Below are positions 24,000 to 37,549 of a DNA stretch of 55,409 nucleotides, in pieces. Location: assembly GCF_001194135.2 (NCBI RefSeq), contig NC_068997.1, positions 34,751,655-34,807,063 of the forward strand. Direction: 5' to 3'. Position numbers and translations under genes: made by a program. Source of the stretch: Octopus bimaculoides (Eukaryota). Within the stretch, counting starts at the first letter, position 1; each line of letters begins with the position of its first letter. The notes under the pieces were generated by a model. It made no database searches. It was not told the origin of the DNA and saw nothing but the letters and a program-made list of their open reading frames with translations.

Positions 24000-24830
24000 T
24001 GATAATAGAGTAATACCTAGAATTCTATGGAAGATTCCTAATAATAGCTTCACGAAACTGCAAAGGCAGATTAGATTTAATTTGCCTCCCATAAGGAATA
24101 ATTAGCCAAATTGTTTTACTATTAGTTACCTTATTTTTAATGTAACTATCTTTGGATAGTATGTTTGTTCAATCGGATAAAACGAGAAACCTGTACAAAC
24201 TTAACAAGAACTATTATTTTGAATTGCTTAAAAAAGAAATTTTTTAAAAAACCATAGAATTACCGAAGAAAGTGTACTCAAGAAAGCCAACATTGAGGCT
24301 ATGAAAATTATGGCTATGAAAATTACAATTTGCAAATGAAGACAGAACCACTTGATCCTATGCAACCTCGGTTTATTTTGAAAGATCATAAACAACTTTT
24401 TTTAATAACCCATCCTTAAGACTTATCTACACTTCTAGCTCTGACATCGGTGTACTTAGTAAAAATATACTAGATAAATATGTTCCTACATTAATTTAAA
24501 AATTAAAACTTAGTTTATGGTCCAATTCATTCCAAGTCGTCGACTGGTTTAGTTCTATTACTAGTAAGAGGAGTACTACGTTTATCCAGTTGGACATTTC
24601 TAGTTTTTATTCATCCATCAACCCAATAGTACTTAATAAGGTACTTTGGCTTGTTCATAACAAATCTAATGTACCTTTGCAGTTTCGTGAAGCTATTATT
24701 AGGAATTTTCCAAAGAATTCTAGGTATTATTCTATTATCAACTCACACACAGTTAGGATTGGTTTTTCTAACACAAAAAATCTCTTACAAATTATCTCTT
24801 CACATAATATTAAATATTTTGTTCATCCCT
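24000..24830 (+). mobile_element. Penelope-like element (Naiad-like) RT portion, internally deleted, inverted relative to 23000-23950
   Basis: FILKDHKQ..RLIYTSSSDIGVLSKNILDKY..WSNSFQVVDWFSSITSKRSTTFIQLDISSFYSSI, jumping to NFPKNSRYYSIINSHTVRIGFSNTKNLLQIISSHNIK. Confidence 0.8.
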
Positions 24831-24929
24831 TTTACCTGGTTGTTCCGTACGGAACAACGTTACTACTCTTTTTTTAACCCCAAGAGAACACCTCCTCCGG
24901 GTGGTTAACGGTACAACCTGTGTCCGATA

Positions 24930-25045
24930 TATTACAAGCAGGGGAACTAGCCCCTGCCATCTAGCAGAAAGGGCAAATACCCTGAAACGAGACTGGTCTA
25001 CTGGTCTTGTCAAATTTTAGGCCTTGTGCCTATAGCAGAAAGGAT
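24930..25045 (+). mobile_element. SINE 3' tail fragment
   Basis: aaattttaggccttgtgcctatagcagaaagg followed by (ATT)n; the same tail occurs at 47265-47290. Confidence 0.6.
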
Positions 25046-25050
25046 TATTA

Positions 25051-25142
<92 letters not shown>
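25046..25142. repeat. (ATT)n(AGT)n microsatellite
   Basis: Compound trinucleotide run at the 3' end of the adjacent minus-strand RLE LINE. Confidence 0.95.
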
Positions 25143-25143
<1 letters not shown>

Positions 25144-25149
25144 CATGTT

Positions 25150-26215
25150 TGACTTTTGCTCACCCTGAGACAGCAAGAGGCAACAAGTTAGAAGTTCAAG
25201 TTGGTGTTATGACTTGAGTGCTGTACATTTGGTTTTGCACAAAGTATTATTCTACAGAATCTTTAAGAAAACAAGAAAATTATCGGTTTGTTTTAAAATT
25301 TTAGGTAGGATATGGGCAGTTCCCATGAGCTCTATTTTTTTAATTTCTGCCATTTTTGGATTTCCTGGTATCTGAGTTAGGTAGCAATCATCCCCTTTTG
25401 CTATCATTCCAAGGGCACCTATGACAACAGGTATTGTTTTAGTATTGAGATTTCACATTTTGCTAATTTCTATATCAAAATCTTTATACTTGCTCTATTT
25501 TTGGTAGGTCTTGACAGATGCATTTATGTCGATCAGTGATCATTTATGTCGATCAGTCATATCAGTGAGGTGGCATGATTTTTGTCTGAAGTCCTTCAAT
25601 ATAATGTCTGGCCTATTCGCATCTATCTTTCTGTCAGTTTGAACGTGAAGTTCCAGAGGAGTGAGATGTGGTCATTTTCAAGCATTAAAGGTTTATGTTA
25701 CCACCAGTTTTTGTCATGGGACAGGTCCAAGTTTTTGCAAATAACTCAGTGAATATATTGTGTTGCTCTATCATGACAGTCGAGATACTCAGTAGGTGCA
25801 AGAAGACTGCATATGGAGACAGCATGATCGATGGTTTCATTTTGTTTTTTACATACACGGCATGCTGGGCGACTGTCGTTCTCTAATATATTGGCCTGGT
25901 AGTTTCTTGTAGGTAGGCATTGATCTTGGGCTGCTATGATAAACCTTTCTGTCTTTGATTTTAAACGAGAAGGGCAAGGGCTTTGTCAACATCGGCATTA
26001 TTAGCTCTCTTTGAGTATTTACCATTGAGAGGTTTTTCTTGCCATTTATCAGTAAAAGTATCTAAGGGAGCAGTTGTAGCACGGGATTCATACGCTTAAC
26101 TTTTTCTGTGCTTGTTTCCAGTACGTCTAATTCTGGGATTTGTTGTATTTGGAAATCATTTAGATATATCTTTACCTGTTTTGTTACTGAGTATGATGTT
26201 TTCTTATTTTCGTGC
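25150..26215 (-). mobile_element. R4/Dong-like RLE LINE, 5'-truncated 3' fragment
   Basis: KHENKKTSYSVTKQ..GKYSKRANNADVD; RPDII..KDFRQKSCHL; KYKDFDIEISKMWNLNTKTIPVVIGALGM; MELMGTAHIL. The 3' UTR is homologous to 34000-34260. Confidence 0.9.
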
Positions 26216-29200
26216 TTTATTATTATTTACTTTTAATCGGCATGTTTATTACAATCACTTGCCGAAGCACACCCAGCGTCCTAGGGTGAGTGAAGGATAA
26301 GAGGTGTTACATTATGACTGAAAGCTTGGGGAAGGTAAGTAGCAGGGGCAGTAGCGAAATATCTTCATGTAATATAACACGGATATTTTAATTGAATGGA
26401 TATAGGTAGTACTTGTTAGCAAAACATTTTGGATTTCTCTGAGACATGGTTCTCCTGGGATATTATCTTGATGTTTTTCGACATCCCTTTCTTACCATAC
26501 CTAGGGAAAAAGTACTCGCTTTAAGATGCCACATCTTTTGTATTTCAATTTCCAGGTCCTTATACCTACTTAATTTGTCAAATTCCTTTACAGACATATT
26601 TCCCTCATTTCAACGACTGGCTCACAATGATGTTCATACCAGTAAGCAGGAGTGCCGATTTTGTAGTGTTTACATATTTTCCAATGTAATAACTGTTCTA
26701 CCCTATCGTGGTGATTTTTGTATTCGTTTGGTATCAGCACAGGACATCCCCAGAAGAAATGGTCTATTGTTTCATCAAATGTATCGCAGAATCTTCATTT
26801 AGAGTTAGAACAGTTTTCAAGAACGTTAGCCAGGTAGTTTTTGGTAAGCAAGCTTTGATCTTGTGCCGCTAATAGGAAACCTTCAGTCTCTGCTTTCAGT
26901 CCTGAGTTTCTCAGCCACTGATGGGTTGTTGCTTGGTCTACATCAGTATTTCGGCTCTGTCCATGGAGAGGCTTCTGGTCCACCGCTCCTCAATATTTTT
27001 CTTCCCCTTTCTTCTTTGCAGTCTGTTTGATCCCTTTTGCTTGTTTGGTGGTAGTGGTTTCAGGTTCTTCATCTAATTCAGGGTTACTGCTGAGCTCCAT
27101 TGCGATTTTGCAAGCTTCCTTGTGATTTTTTGCTGCTTTCGTGTTTGCAAGCAAGCTGCAGCATCCAGGTTTCTGTACTAGATAAGTACTTGTTCATTGC
27201 TATTGTGGAGATCCTATAGCACAGTTCTACCTGTATCATTCCTCTTCTCCCATTACATCTAGGGAAGTACAGATGATCAACGTCTGCTTTTGGGCGGTGC
27301 ATGTTCTTAGATGGTAGTAGCTTTCTTGTCTTCCTGTCTAGATGCTGGAACTCTGTGAGATTTCAGTTAATGATGTTAAAACTATATTGGCCTACTAGAT
27401 GTGCCAGAGTGTTAATGGATTCGATGCGATTTTTGGAGTTGAGTTCGGTTTTTAGTATGCGTATTACTCTTCTGTAATATTCCTTTCTTATTTTTTCCTT
27501 CATAGTAGCATGTTGTATACCATCTCCTTCGTTTATCCCCAGATATTTATAGCTTTCTTGTGGATCAAGCTCCTTGATGGTAGTATCGGTATCTAAATTT
27601 GATGGAAGCTGTTTGCTTGAGCTTGCCTCTTACAAAAGTTGCTTTAGCGCACTTATCAAGGTCAAATTCCATCCCGATGTCATTGCTGAACTTTTTAACA
27701 GTTGTTAACAACCCTAATAGCTCTTCGTCATCTCTAGCAAACAGCTTCAGATCTTCCATATAAAACAGATGGCTTACTATAATATACATTTTGAACCCAT
27801 ATCTGGTGCTACTGAGTTCGTTTGAGAGCGGGTCAGTGCCATGCAAAAGAGTAATGGGAAGAGGGAGTCATCTTGAAAGATGCCTCGTTTGATGTTGATG
27901 TTGTTAGATTGGCTCATCCCATTACTATGGTTTAGAAGGAAACGTGTATTCCACTTGACCATGCTACCTTGTAAGAATTTGAAGACGACAGGAGAGATCT
28001 TATATATCTCAAGGGCCTTGAGTATCCAATTATGTGGGACCCTATCAAATACTTTCCTGTAGTCTATCCATGCTACACTTATGCTCTTCTTTTTGCTCCG
28101 GCAATTCTCTACAATCATTTTATTTATGAGTAATTGATCTTTGCATTCGTAAGAATTCCTTTTCAACCTTTTTGAGCTTGTGGAAGGATAAAGGTCTGTT
28201 CAAGGAAAGTGTATATTCTTTCAGTTAGTATCGCTGTGGGGATCTTGTAGATGGTGTTAAGACATGTTATTGGTCGGTAGTTCTTTGGATTTTTCGTGTC
28301 TTCAGTTTTTGGTAGGACGTACATTGTTCCTTCGGTCAGCTAAACAGGTATTTCCTCTGGGTTCTGGATGACATTAGTTAGGGATGCAGCAAAATGTTGG
28401 TGTACTTCTGTCAAACAATTCAACCAGAAGTTAGAGATCCGGTCCAGTCCTGAAGTTTCCCGTTTGTGAAACTTTCTAAGAACACGTCTTAGCTCTTCTA
28501 CTCCTATTGCCTCCTATTTCTGCTCTTCAGCTTCATCTAGTATCACTTTCTCACGTTCTATCCAGTGAGCTTCAGCATTATATTCTTTTTTGTTGCTCCA
28601 TATCCTCTTCCAAAACTCTTCCGTTTCCTCAGTCTTAGGTGGCTCCTTACTTTCTTACTATCTTACTTTTGCCAATTTCCCTATAAAATGTTTTTGCATC
28701 CGTCCTGAATTCCTTGTTTTGTCGATAAAATTTGATTCTTTTGTCATACCTTCTGAGCTGTTGGCCTCTCAGTTGTATTCGTTGTTTCACTATTTTCTTA
28801 GTTGCGGGGGAGTTTATAAAATCTTTGATTTTATATTTTTGCTCGATATTTCTAGCTCGTTTCGTCTTCGTCTTAATATTTACTCCTCTAGCAAGAGAAC
28901 TGATACATCCACCCGCAGAGATTCGATCTCTTTTTGTATTGCTACTTGCCACAAAGGAGGTCTATTGACATGATTTGGTCCTTTTCTGTGTCGTCCTATT
29001 GAGAAGTTACAACTTTAGCAGTGGATAGATGAGGTTATTTAAGGTTATTATGTCATTTCCCTTATTTCTTAAGATCTGTATAAGAGCAACATTATATATC
29101 ATGATTGAGTTGTTATTTTTTATGCCGTTTGAGAGCTCTGGTAGCGGTACTCTATTGATCATGTCAGTAAACTCAGTCTTGCTGAGTTCTCTCATAATAT

Positions 29201-29950
29201 CTTCTTTTGCTTCTATGATCTCTTTATTATTCACCTCAAATTCTGTCATATCTATTCTGGTGTTCTTGAGGTAAGTCTACTTCTCCATTTTTTTTTCACA
29301 CATCTATTCTTCGCAATTCTTTCTTCAGCGTCCTCGTTGGCATGTACTGCTTGTACATTGGGTTCTGTGCATCTATTACTTATTTTATCTGCATTGTTGC
29401 TGTTTTCATTTGGTCAGCCATGAAATAGCTGTGTCCTAATTTGGTTAATTTCAGCGTCAGCTAACATTTTGTTCTTAATGATGTCTCCACGTACATTACT
29501 TAATTTATTTGCCTCTATATATCTGTCTACTTCGTTGTCTACTAAGTTTCTTCATAAAGTGTATGTTTGTACAATGAGGTTATTGTTTGAGTTTAGTCGG
29601 GCTGCATAGAAAGCTTTCAACACATCTCCATGATCATCTCTAGTCCATTTTATGCGTTTTGCTTTAGGTGGTGTTTTTGGTGCTGCCACTTCAGGTCTAG
29701 GGTTAGTATTATCCTGTTTCTGATTACCTGGTAGCTGCTTTTTTCTTTTTTCTTTTTTGAGAGAGAGAGAGAGTTTGTTCCAGCAGCAGACTTTTTGACC
29801 CCAGTCTGGTTCACTACTGGGTAACGCGATCCTTGTCTCGGCATGAGTTTTGGCTTGTCATTAAGGCATTGACGGTGACAATAGGAGACGGGCCTGTTTG
29901 TTCAGGGTTAACTTTTTGACACGACACCGCTTCCTTGTTCTTTGAATGGA
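26216..29950 (-). mobile_element. Near-full-length decayed R4/Dong-like RLE LINE (single ORF: N-term, RT, CCHC, RLE)
   Basis: CKDQLLINKMIVENCRSKKKSISVAWIDYRKVFDRVPHNW; IKRGIFQDDSLFPLLFCMAL; SHLFYMEDLKLFA; LKAETEGFLLAAQDQSL; RFCDTFDETIDH..GC..HDRV. The RLE region is partly deleted; the 3' end is a short taataataa at 26216-26227. Confidence 0.92.
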
Positions 29951-30734
29951 TATAGTTGTCATCTTACTAATAACTCGAAAACTGCCTCTATTCTTTTGTT
30001 TTGTTTTGTTTTTTGTAGCTATGTTTCCGGGTATAATTACTTAGTGATGTTTTTTAACTAGGTGACTAATTTGCTCCTCTTTATATTCGTTTGAGGGAAG
30101 TTGCTTTATTTTTGTTTGGTTCGCTCGTGACACGTGTTTTTATTTTATTTTCTGTATTTGTCGTGTTGGCATTATTTATGTTGCTTGTAAATATTAGCAT
30201 GTGCACATGGATGTATTGGCAGTTGCATGTAGTATAGGTAATTATTCAATTTCCGTACTTAATGTGTAAGGGGTGTGTTTGGTGTGTTTTTGCAGGGTTC
30301 GTAGTGCTGGTTTCCATGTCTTACGTATATCACATTGAGATCGTGCATTTAAGAAAGAAACTACATTGTATTTAACAAAAATCTTCCCAATTTTTTTTTC
30401 TTTTGCTTTAATAGAAAAAGCAAAAGATGTGTTTCGATAAACACACCTCCAGATATTATAGACAATATAAGCAAACGTACCATAGTGTGCAAAACTATAT
30501 CCTTAGAAAATAGTCGTTTAGAAACTGTCACAAAGCAAGCAGTTGAAAAATGCTTGCAACCCATTGGAATGACGTAACATATCTGTCGAGGGGTAAGAAA
30601 TATGGCACAAGTGAAGTTGTATCACGAAGTTGTAACACGAAGTTTTCCTTCCATTGCACCAATGTTATTGGATAAAGTTTGTTTTGTGGAGAGAGCTTCT
30701 GAGTGTACGCGCATGTTGTTATTTAACCCAGAGC

Positions 30735-30875
<141 letters not shown>

Positions 30876-31129
30876 GGCCGTCAGCCTGGCAAGCCATGCT
30901 TGACCTCGCTCCATGAATTTTATAAAGAAAAATCACATAATAGCGTATTTGCACCCTTTAAGTTTATAACATCGCGGACAACAAATTATTTGCTGTTGAG
31001 TGGTAAGTTTATTTTCTTATTTTGTCCCCCAGCTTTGGGGGACAGGTCAATTGTTTTTGTTTTCTTAAATCAAAATTGTGTGCATTTTCCCCACCAACAT
31101 AGTGAAAACAGAAAACACGGTGACGTTCA

Positions 31130-32640
31130 TACGTGAGAGAGGGGGAGAAAGTGAGGAGCGTCACCAAGCCCCAATGAGAGAGGGTGCATGCGTGTGAGGT
31201 GACTTCGGTCTGTAAGACAAAACAGACTATAGTCGTGTTTTTCTCAAGGAAACGAACGAGAGGGACAACGGAGCCAATGTTTTCAATGAAGTTCCCTCAG
31301 AGGATCTTTTGAAAAGCAAAGGCTCTGTATTTAGCAATATTATTCGAGGGGAAACGTTAGCTTCGAGAGTGCAATCGGTGAAGGCCCTTCCGTGAGCGAG
31401 GCAGATCGCAAATTGGGAACCTGTAAGGTAGAATCAAATAGCATACGTAGACATGAAAATTTTGGCCAAAGTATGAATGAAGAGGTTGGCGCTCGTCGTC
31501 GAGAAACTTGTTGGACACCCACAAACATGTGCTGTCCCAGACAGGTCAATCCGCGAAAATCTCTACCTTATGCGCTACATCACGGATAGGATAGTTAAGA
31601 AACCTGGCATGGGTAGGGCTTTGATCAATTTAGATCAGTCTCTAGTTTCCGAAGTAATAGAAAGACTTTGATAGGGTTGACCATCAATATCTGGTGACTG
31701 TTCTCACGGTGGTCGGTTTCGGTACGGTTTTCTGCGGTTGGATTGGTGCCATGTACAGCGACATCTGCTCGGTAGTCCGGATGAATGGTCACCTATCGAA
31801 ACCATTTAACATCGTGCGTTCGTTCCGTCAAGGGTGCCCACTCTCGTCCTTTCCATATGTACTGACCCTCAAGCCATTACTTCGGAAACTAGAGACGTTG
31901 AGATGTATCTCGCAAAAGACGTCACCGTCATAGTGTCGGACTGCAAGCACATAGATCTGGTCAGAACTACTGTGAAAGAATACGAGAAAGTAACAGGAGC
32001 AAAGATTAATCCGGAAAAATCGGTGGGCCTGCGGCTCGGCACTGTAGAGGCAGATCCATGCCGACCGACAGCGTTGTAGGATGTTGGAGTGTCGGGCCCA
32101 TAAAATTTCTCGGGGTGTGGTTCGGACCGGACCCCCAACTGGAGAAGATCTGGAGCAGGGTGACGAGCAGGGCAGTCAGTCACAGCAAGAAAGGGGTCGA
32201 GAGGAAGCTATCCTTGAAAGGTCGGGCAGAGGCGGCGAACACATGTGTCGCCTCAGTCACTTACTACCGCCTTCCCGTCGTGCCTTGCGCCAGTTCATAC
32301 CTGGTCAAGCTGCATTTGCTTTTCCGCCTCGTGTGGACGGGATGAACTCTGCTGGTCAGGTGCTCCATTTGCTGTCAACACCCTATGGACGGTGGGCTGG
32401 GTATGCCGTAGTTACTGATGCGCAGACATACGCTGAGGTTGCGGCACATCCAGTGTTTCCTTGACGACGATGAGCAGGTGTGATCACCGTTTATCAAACT
32501 CACTCTCCTACAGCTCATCTCTTTGAGTGAGCTGAATCTTGGATCAAGCGTAGACCGGGGCTGGGCGTCTTGCACCTTGAGTATCGCCCGGCGCTCACGC
32601 TCCTCAGCCAGTCGGGCAATGCGGTTAGTATTGCTTGCTT
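31130..32640 (+). mobile_element. Tx1/L1-clade LINE RT fragment
   Basis: QTCAVPDRSIRENL..LINLDQS..DRVDHQYL; RSFRQGCPLSS; DVTVIV..YEKVTGAKINPEKS; IKFLGVWFG; LSLKGRAE. Many frameshifts. Confidence 0.9.
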
Positions 32641-32789
32641 CTGTTATGCATTTCTTTGTTATTGACTTTTACACGACACTTTATGTAACCCTACTTTGTC
32701 CTTCATGTTTTGTAATGTCCAATCTTATTTTTGTTGGATCTTGTGGCTAATAAAGAAAGTATTATTATTATTATGTTGTTTTTTTTTTC

Positions 32790-33134
32790 TTCTTTCTTCA
32801 AATTTTCTTCCATTTCTCGCCGAGTGTTTTCCGTTTCTCAGTACATGAGTCGTTCCAGTTAACATGATTTTTTGCACTTCCTGTATGGATGGTAAGCCTG
32901 GTATCATTTTCAAATTGGTTTCAGTACCCTTTTTTTTTAATCATTCCTAGGGATCCTACAATCACTGGTACGGTAGTAGCTTTGAGATGCCACATTTTTT
33001 TCAATTTTTATTAGCAAGTCTATATGTTTACTGATCTTGTCAAATTCTTTCGCCGCTATATTGTGATCACAAGGAATACTCCTGTCAATTAATAAACACA
33101 TCTTTTTTGTCTGATATTTTATAACAATATCCGG

Positions 33135-33137
<3 letters not shown>
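32790..33137 (-). mobile_element. R4/Dong-like RLE domain fragment
   Basis: QPDIVI..MCLLIDRSIPCDHNIAAKEFDKISKHIDL..KMWHLKATTVPVIVGSLGM..VQKIMLTGTTHVLR. Confidence 0.85.
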
Positions 33138-33193
<56 letters not shown>

Positions 33194-33195
<2 letters not shown>

Positions 33196-33900
33196 ACACT
33201 CCACAGATTAGACTTTTAGAAAAGAAAAGAATCCTAACATCGGGCTACAACAGGTAGCCTTAGATGCCAAGAACCTCCCTATTGGGTTACAGCGAGTAGC
33301 CTTACATATCAAGAACCCTCCTAAAGGTCCCTAATAACAGTGTTTTCTGCAGCTGTGCTATACTGGGTTTTATGCCTTTTTCCTCTATCCATGTGTTCAG
33401 ATCTTTAGGGATAGTTCCCAATGTACCTATAACTACTGAGATACATTTTACCCGCACTTTCCATAGTCTCTGTAATTCAATACCTAGGTCCTGATACTTT
33501 GCTATTTTTTCTATACTTCTCATATTAATTTTTTCATCATTTGGGACCGTAAAGTCAATTATCCGGCACTTTCTATTCTCTTTACCTATTACTATCATAT
33601 CAAGCCGTCTAGTTTCTATTACTCTGTCAGTTTGAATGTTTAAGTCCCACAACATCTTGTATTTCTTACTTTCTAGTACTTTACTAGGTTCATGCTCATA
33701 CCATTTATCAGTATTGTCAAAACCTAGTTTTCTATCTAGCTCCCAGTGGATTACTCTCCTTAGATTGTCATGTCTTTTCTTGTATTCTTTCTGTGCCGCA
33801 TGCTACATTCTCTTACTATATGAGTAACACTTTCTTCTTTTGATTTGCATACTCTACATTGGGAATCTACTTGGTCTTTGTCTATTTTGACTTTTATTCA
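33194..33900 (-). mobile_element. R4/Dong-like RLE domain fragment (distinct subfamily) ending in (TAA)n at 33138-33193
   Basis: MLWDLNIQTDRVIETRRLDMIVI..CRIIDFTVPND..EKIAKYQDLGIELQRLWK..VVIGTLGTIP..LQKTLLLGT. Confidence 0.9.
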
Positions 33901-33966
33901 ATTAGTCCTTAATGCTTTATCTTGTGCAACTACTAACAAACTTTCTATCTCTCTCTTCATATTTCT

Positions 33967-33999
<33 letters not shown>

Positions 34000-35156
34000 T
34001 TATGTTTGACTTTTGTTTTGCATTTGTACAAGTTGGATCCAAGTCTCACCCAGAGACCTCAAGAGACAAGTTAGAAGTTCATGTAGGTGTTATGCCTAGG
34101 GTACCATATATTTGAATTTGTACATAGTGTTGTTCTAGAGAATGTTTAAGAAACCATAAGAAAATTATGTGTTTGTTTTAAAATTTGAGATCACATAGAC
34201 GGTATTTTACGTAGGATATGGGCAGTTCCCATGAGCACTATCTTTTGAACTTCAGCCATTTTGGGGTTTCCTGGTATCTGAGCTAGGTAGTAATCAGCNN
34301 NNNNNNNNNNNNNNNNNNNNNNNNNNNNNNNNNNNNNNNNNNNNNNNNNNNNNNNNNNNNNNNNNNNNNNNNNNNNNNNNNNNNNNNNNNNNNNNNNNNN
34401 NNNNNNNNNNNNNNNNNNNNNNNNNNNNNNNNNNNNNNNNNNNNNNNNNNNNNNNNNNNNNNNNNNNNNNNNNNNNNNNNNNNNNNNNNNNNNNNNNNNN
34501 NNNNNNNNNNNNNNNNNNNNNNNNNNNNNNNNNNNNNNNNNNNNNNNNNNNNNNNNNNNNNNNNNNNNNNNNNNNNNNNNNNNNNNNNNNNNNNNNNNNN
34601 NNNNNNNNNNNNNNNNNNNNNNNNNNNNNNNNNNNNNNNNNNNNNNNNNNNNNNNNNNNNNNNNNNNNNNNNNNNNNNNNNNNNNNNNNNNNNNNNNNNN
34701 NNNNNNNNNNNNNNNNNNNNNNNNNNNNNNNNNNNNNNNNNNNNNNNNNNNNNNNNNNNNNNNNNNNNNNNNNNNNNNNNNNNNNNNNNNNNNNNNNNNN
34801 NNNNNNNNNNNNNNNNNNNNNNNNNNNNNNNNNNNNNNNNNNNNNNNNNNNNNNNNNNNNNNNNNNNNNNNNNNNNNNNNNNNNNNNNNNNNNNNNNNNN
34901 NNNNNNNNNNNNNNNNNNNNNNNNNNNNNNNNNNNNNNNNNNNNNNNNNNNNNNNNNNNTAGCACGGGTTTTCAAGCGCTTAGCTTTTTCTGTGGGTGTT
35001 TCTAGTTCGTCTAATTCTTGAATTTGTTGTAATTGGAATTCACTTAGATATTCCTTTGCCTGTTTTGTTACTGAGTAAGATGCTTTCTTGCTTTCATGTT
35101 TTGAGACAAGTTTTAGCATCCAGTCCTCAGAGTTTTTCAGATAGGTGTCTAGGCCA

Positions 35157-35157
<1 letters not shown>
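34000..35157 (-). mobile_element. R4/Dong-like 5'-truncated copy (same family as 25150-26215) between two TAA arrays; central N gap
   Basis: GLDTYLKNSEDWMLKLVSKHESKKASYSVTKQAKEY..; ..YLAQIPGNPKMAEVQKIVLMGTAHILRK. (TTA)n at 35158-35225 and 33970-34000. Confidence 0.9.
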
Positions 35158-35225
<68 letters not shown>

Positions 35226-35229
35226 GCCA

Positions 35230-37490
35230 CCCGGCCACCAACAACATCGGAAGGGTAAGTAACCTTGCTCTTTTCTTTTCTCTCAACTCTTTCCTGCCAA
35301 CATGATGATTAATAGAGCAGATAGTATAAACGTACGTAGCCTGGAATCATTCTGGTAGCAAGGTCGCTAGGGTTAGATGTGATAGCTACCAGTGAAACCA
35401 AGGCTACTAACACGCGGACACTACCCCCCATTTTTGACGACTTTGAGATCTACGCATCTCTGGCTCGAAATGGAATGGGAAGAGAGATGGCAATGCTGTT
35501 TAGGAATGTCCTGGCTCTCGATGCACGGATGATCTTCGTGGACCCGGATAGTAGTTCTGGGTATGAGATTTAGCGAAGGTAGTACTTTTAGAGTTGTCGC
35601 TTTGTACGCCGTGACTGGGCGATTGAATTTTTCCTGGGGCGGCCATACTCTTTAGTGTTAGGGGGGCAATTGAACGCGCACTTGGATATGGTGGGGCTAT
35701 CTGAAAAGAGAGGTGGGTGTAGAAGCCTTACAAACCTGCTCAGTCGCTTCAAACTGACTGACGAGAACCGACTGGATTTCCCGAATGTGCTAATGGGGAC
35801 ATGAGCAAATAGCATCGGGTCTTACAGATAGTAATAGACAGAATAATTTGCAGGCCCGTAGATAGAAGTAGCATACGTTGTCTACAGTTCAAAGTCGTCG
35901 CCTACACGAACCACAAATTTGTGATATGTACGGTCGACATAGATGGGATCTATAAGCAGAGCCTCGGATACTGGAAGAAATTGAATGTGCATTTCCCGGC
36001 GCGTCAAGCATTCAGAGACCGCGTAAGCAACTTAGTCCATCGGAAGTTGGGTGCACTCTTCAACAACCGATGGTGGATATCCCTGAAAAGAGCTATTAGA
36101 GTAGATACGTTAAAGTTTAGGAAAGGAATATCGTTAGAGGAATGTAGAATAGAGGGAAACCAAGTTAGGAAGTCAGAAGAGGCAGCGACCGACGTGCTGG
36201 CGGCGAGAGTGACTCTTGATCAATTTTTCAATGCCAAGCACAGCGGTTGCGTTATCAGAGCAAGGGTGCGTGCGCTAAGTTACGAGGGAAAAAAAGCCGT
36301 TCAATGGTGGTGGAGGCGCAACGTGACAGCAAAGCCACAATTCTGTCTTTGACAGGCCGGGACGGGCGCACGCTACTGGAATCCAGACAGATGGGTACGG
36401 AATTTCAGCAGCACTTTGTCGGACTGTACTCAGCGCGCAGTCAGCCGTAGACGTGAGTCAATTTCACCTGTTGTCTCGGCGGCATGCCGCACCTTTCGAA
36501 CAGTAATTTTGAGTTCTGAGAAATGCTGATGACAGCCACAGACTCACAGAACGCAAAGACTAGCTGCTCAAGAGAGGTCTTCGGGTTTGGATTGTCTGCC
36601 CTTCGAGCTTTATTTTCATGTGCCAGACTTTTTCGATGATCTCTTACCGGATGTGTGAAGCAACTGGCAACAGAACGCGAGAATTCCCAGTGCTGTGAGC
36701 TGTGGTTTGGTGGTGCTGCTGAAAAAGACCCGAACAAGGGTAACCAAATAAAATAATTGTGGGCCCGTAACTCTGCTGGACGCAGATGATGAGGTTTTAG
36801 CCAAGGTGTTAGCAAAGATTTTGGTGCCTGTCGTCGATAAGCTGGTCAATGAAGCACAGACATGCGCTATCCCAATCAGATCTATCGATGACAACCTCCA
36901 CTTCACGTGTTGCATCATAGGCATTGATCAATCAAAAGCTTTTCATAGGATTGACAACAAATACTTGGAGGCTGTCCTCGCAGCGACCAGTTTCGGTCTC
37001 ATTTTCAGAGGCTGGATCGCTGCAATGTACAGCAGCATCTATTCGGTGATCAAACTAAACGGCCGCCTATCGGAATCATTTACGTCAAGTGCTGGCTTTT
37101 ACATGTGCTGGCTTTTGAGTCATTGCAACGGAAACTGGATGTTTCGAGGGCATCCCACGTGAACTAGGATGCGGGAAGTTCGTGTCAGTTTATAAGGACG
37201 ACGTCACCGTAAAAGTGCCGGATATCTCGGGCACTGCCCTAAGGGATACGAAGCGGTGGCAGAAGCAAAAATGAACCTGGAGGTGGGTCTGCAGGTCTGC
37301 ACCGGGAGAGTCAGGTCCATGCCGACCGACAGCGTCGTGGGATGCTGAACGGAAGGACCGGTTAAACTGCTCGGGGACTGGTTTGGTCTGGACCTCCAGG
37401 TGGACAAGAGGCGGGAGGAGGTGACGAGCAGGGTGGTTAGTCTCACCTAGAAATGGGCAGAAAGAAAACTTTTCATGAAGGATCAGACGG
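35230..37490 (+). mobile_element. Tx1/L1-clade LINE ORF2 (APE endonuclease + RT), decayed
   Basis: SINVRSL..VIATSETK..FRVVALYA..VLGGQLNAHLD..NHKFVIC (APE); EAQTCAIPIRSIDDNL; IDQSKAFHRID; YKDDVT. Homologous to 31130-32640. Confidence 0.9.
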
Positions 37491-37549
37491 AGGGTCGTTG
37501 GTGACTATACGCTTCCAATTCTTTCTTGATTGCGCCCCTTTCCATCTTG

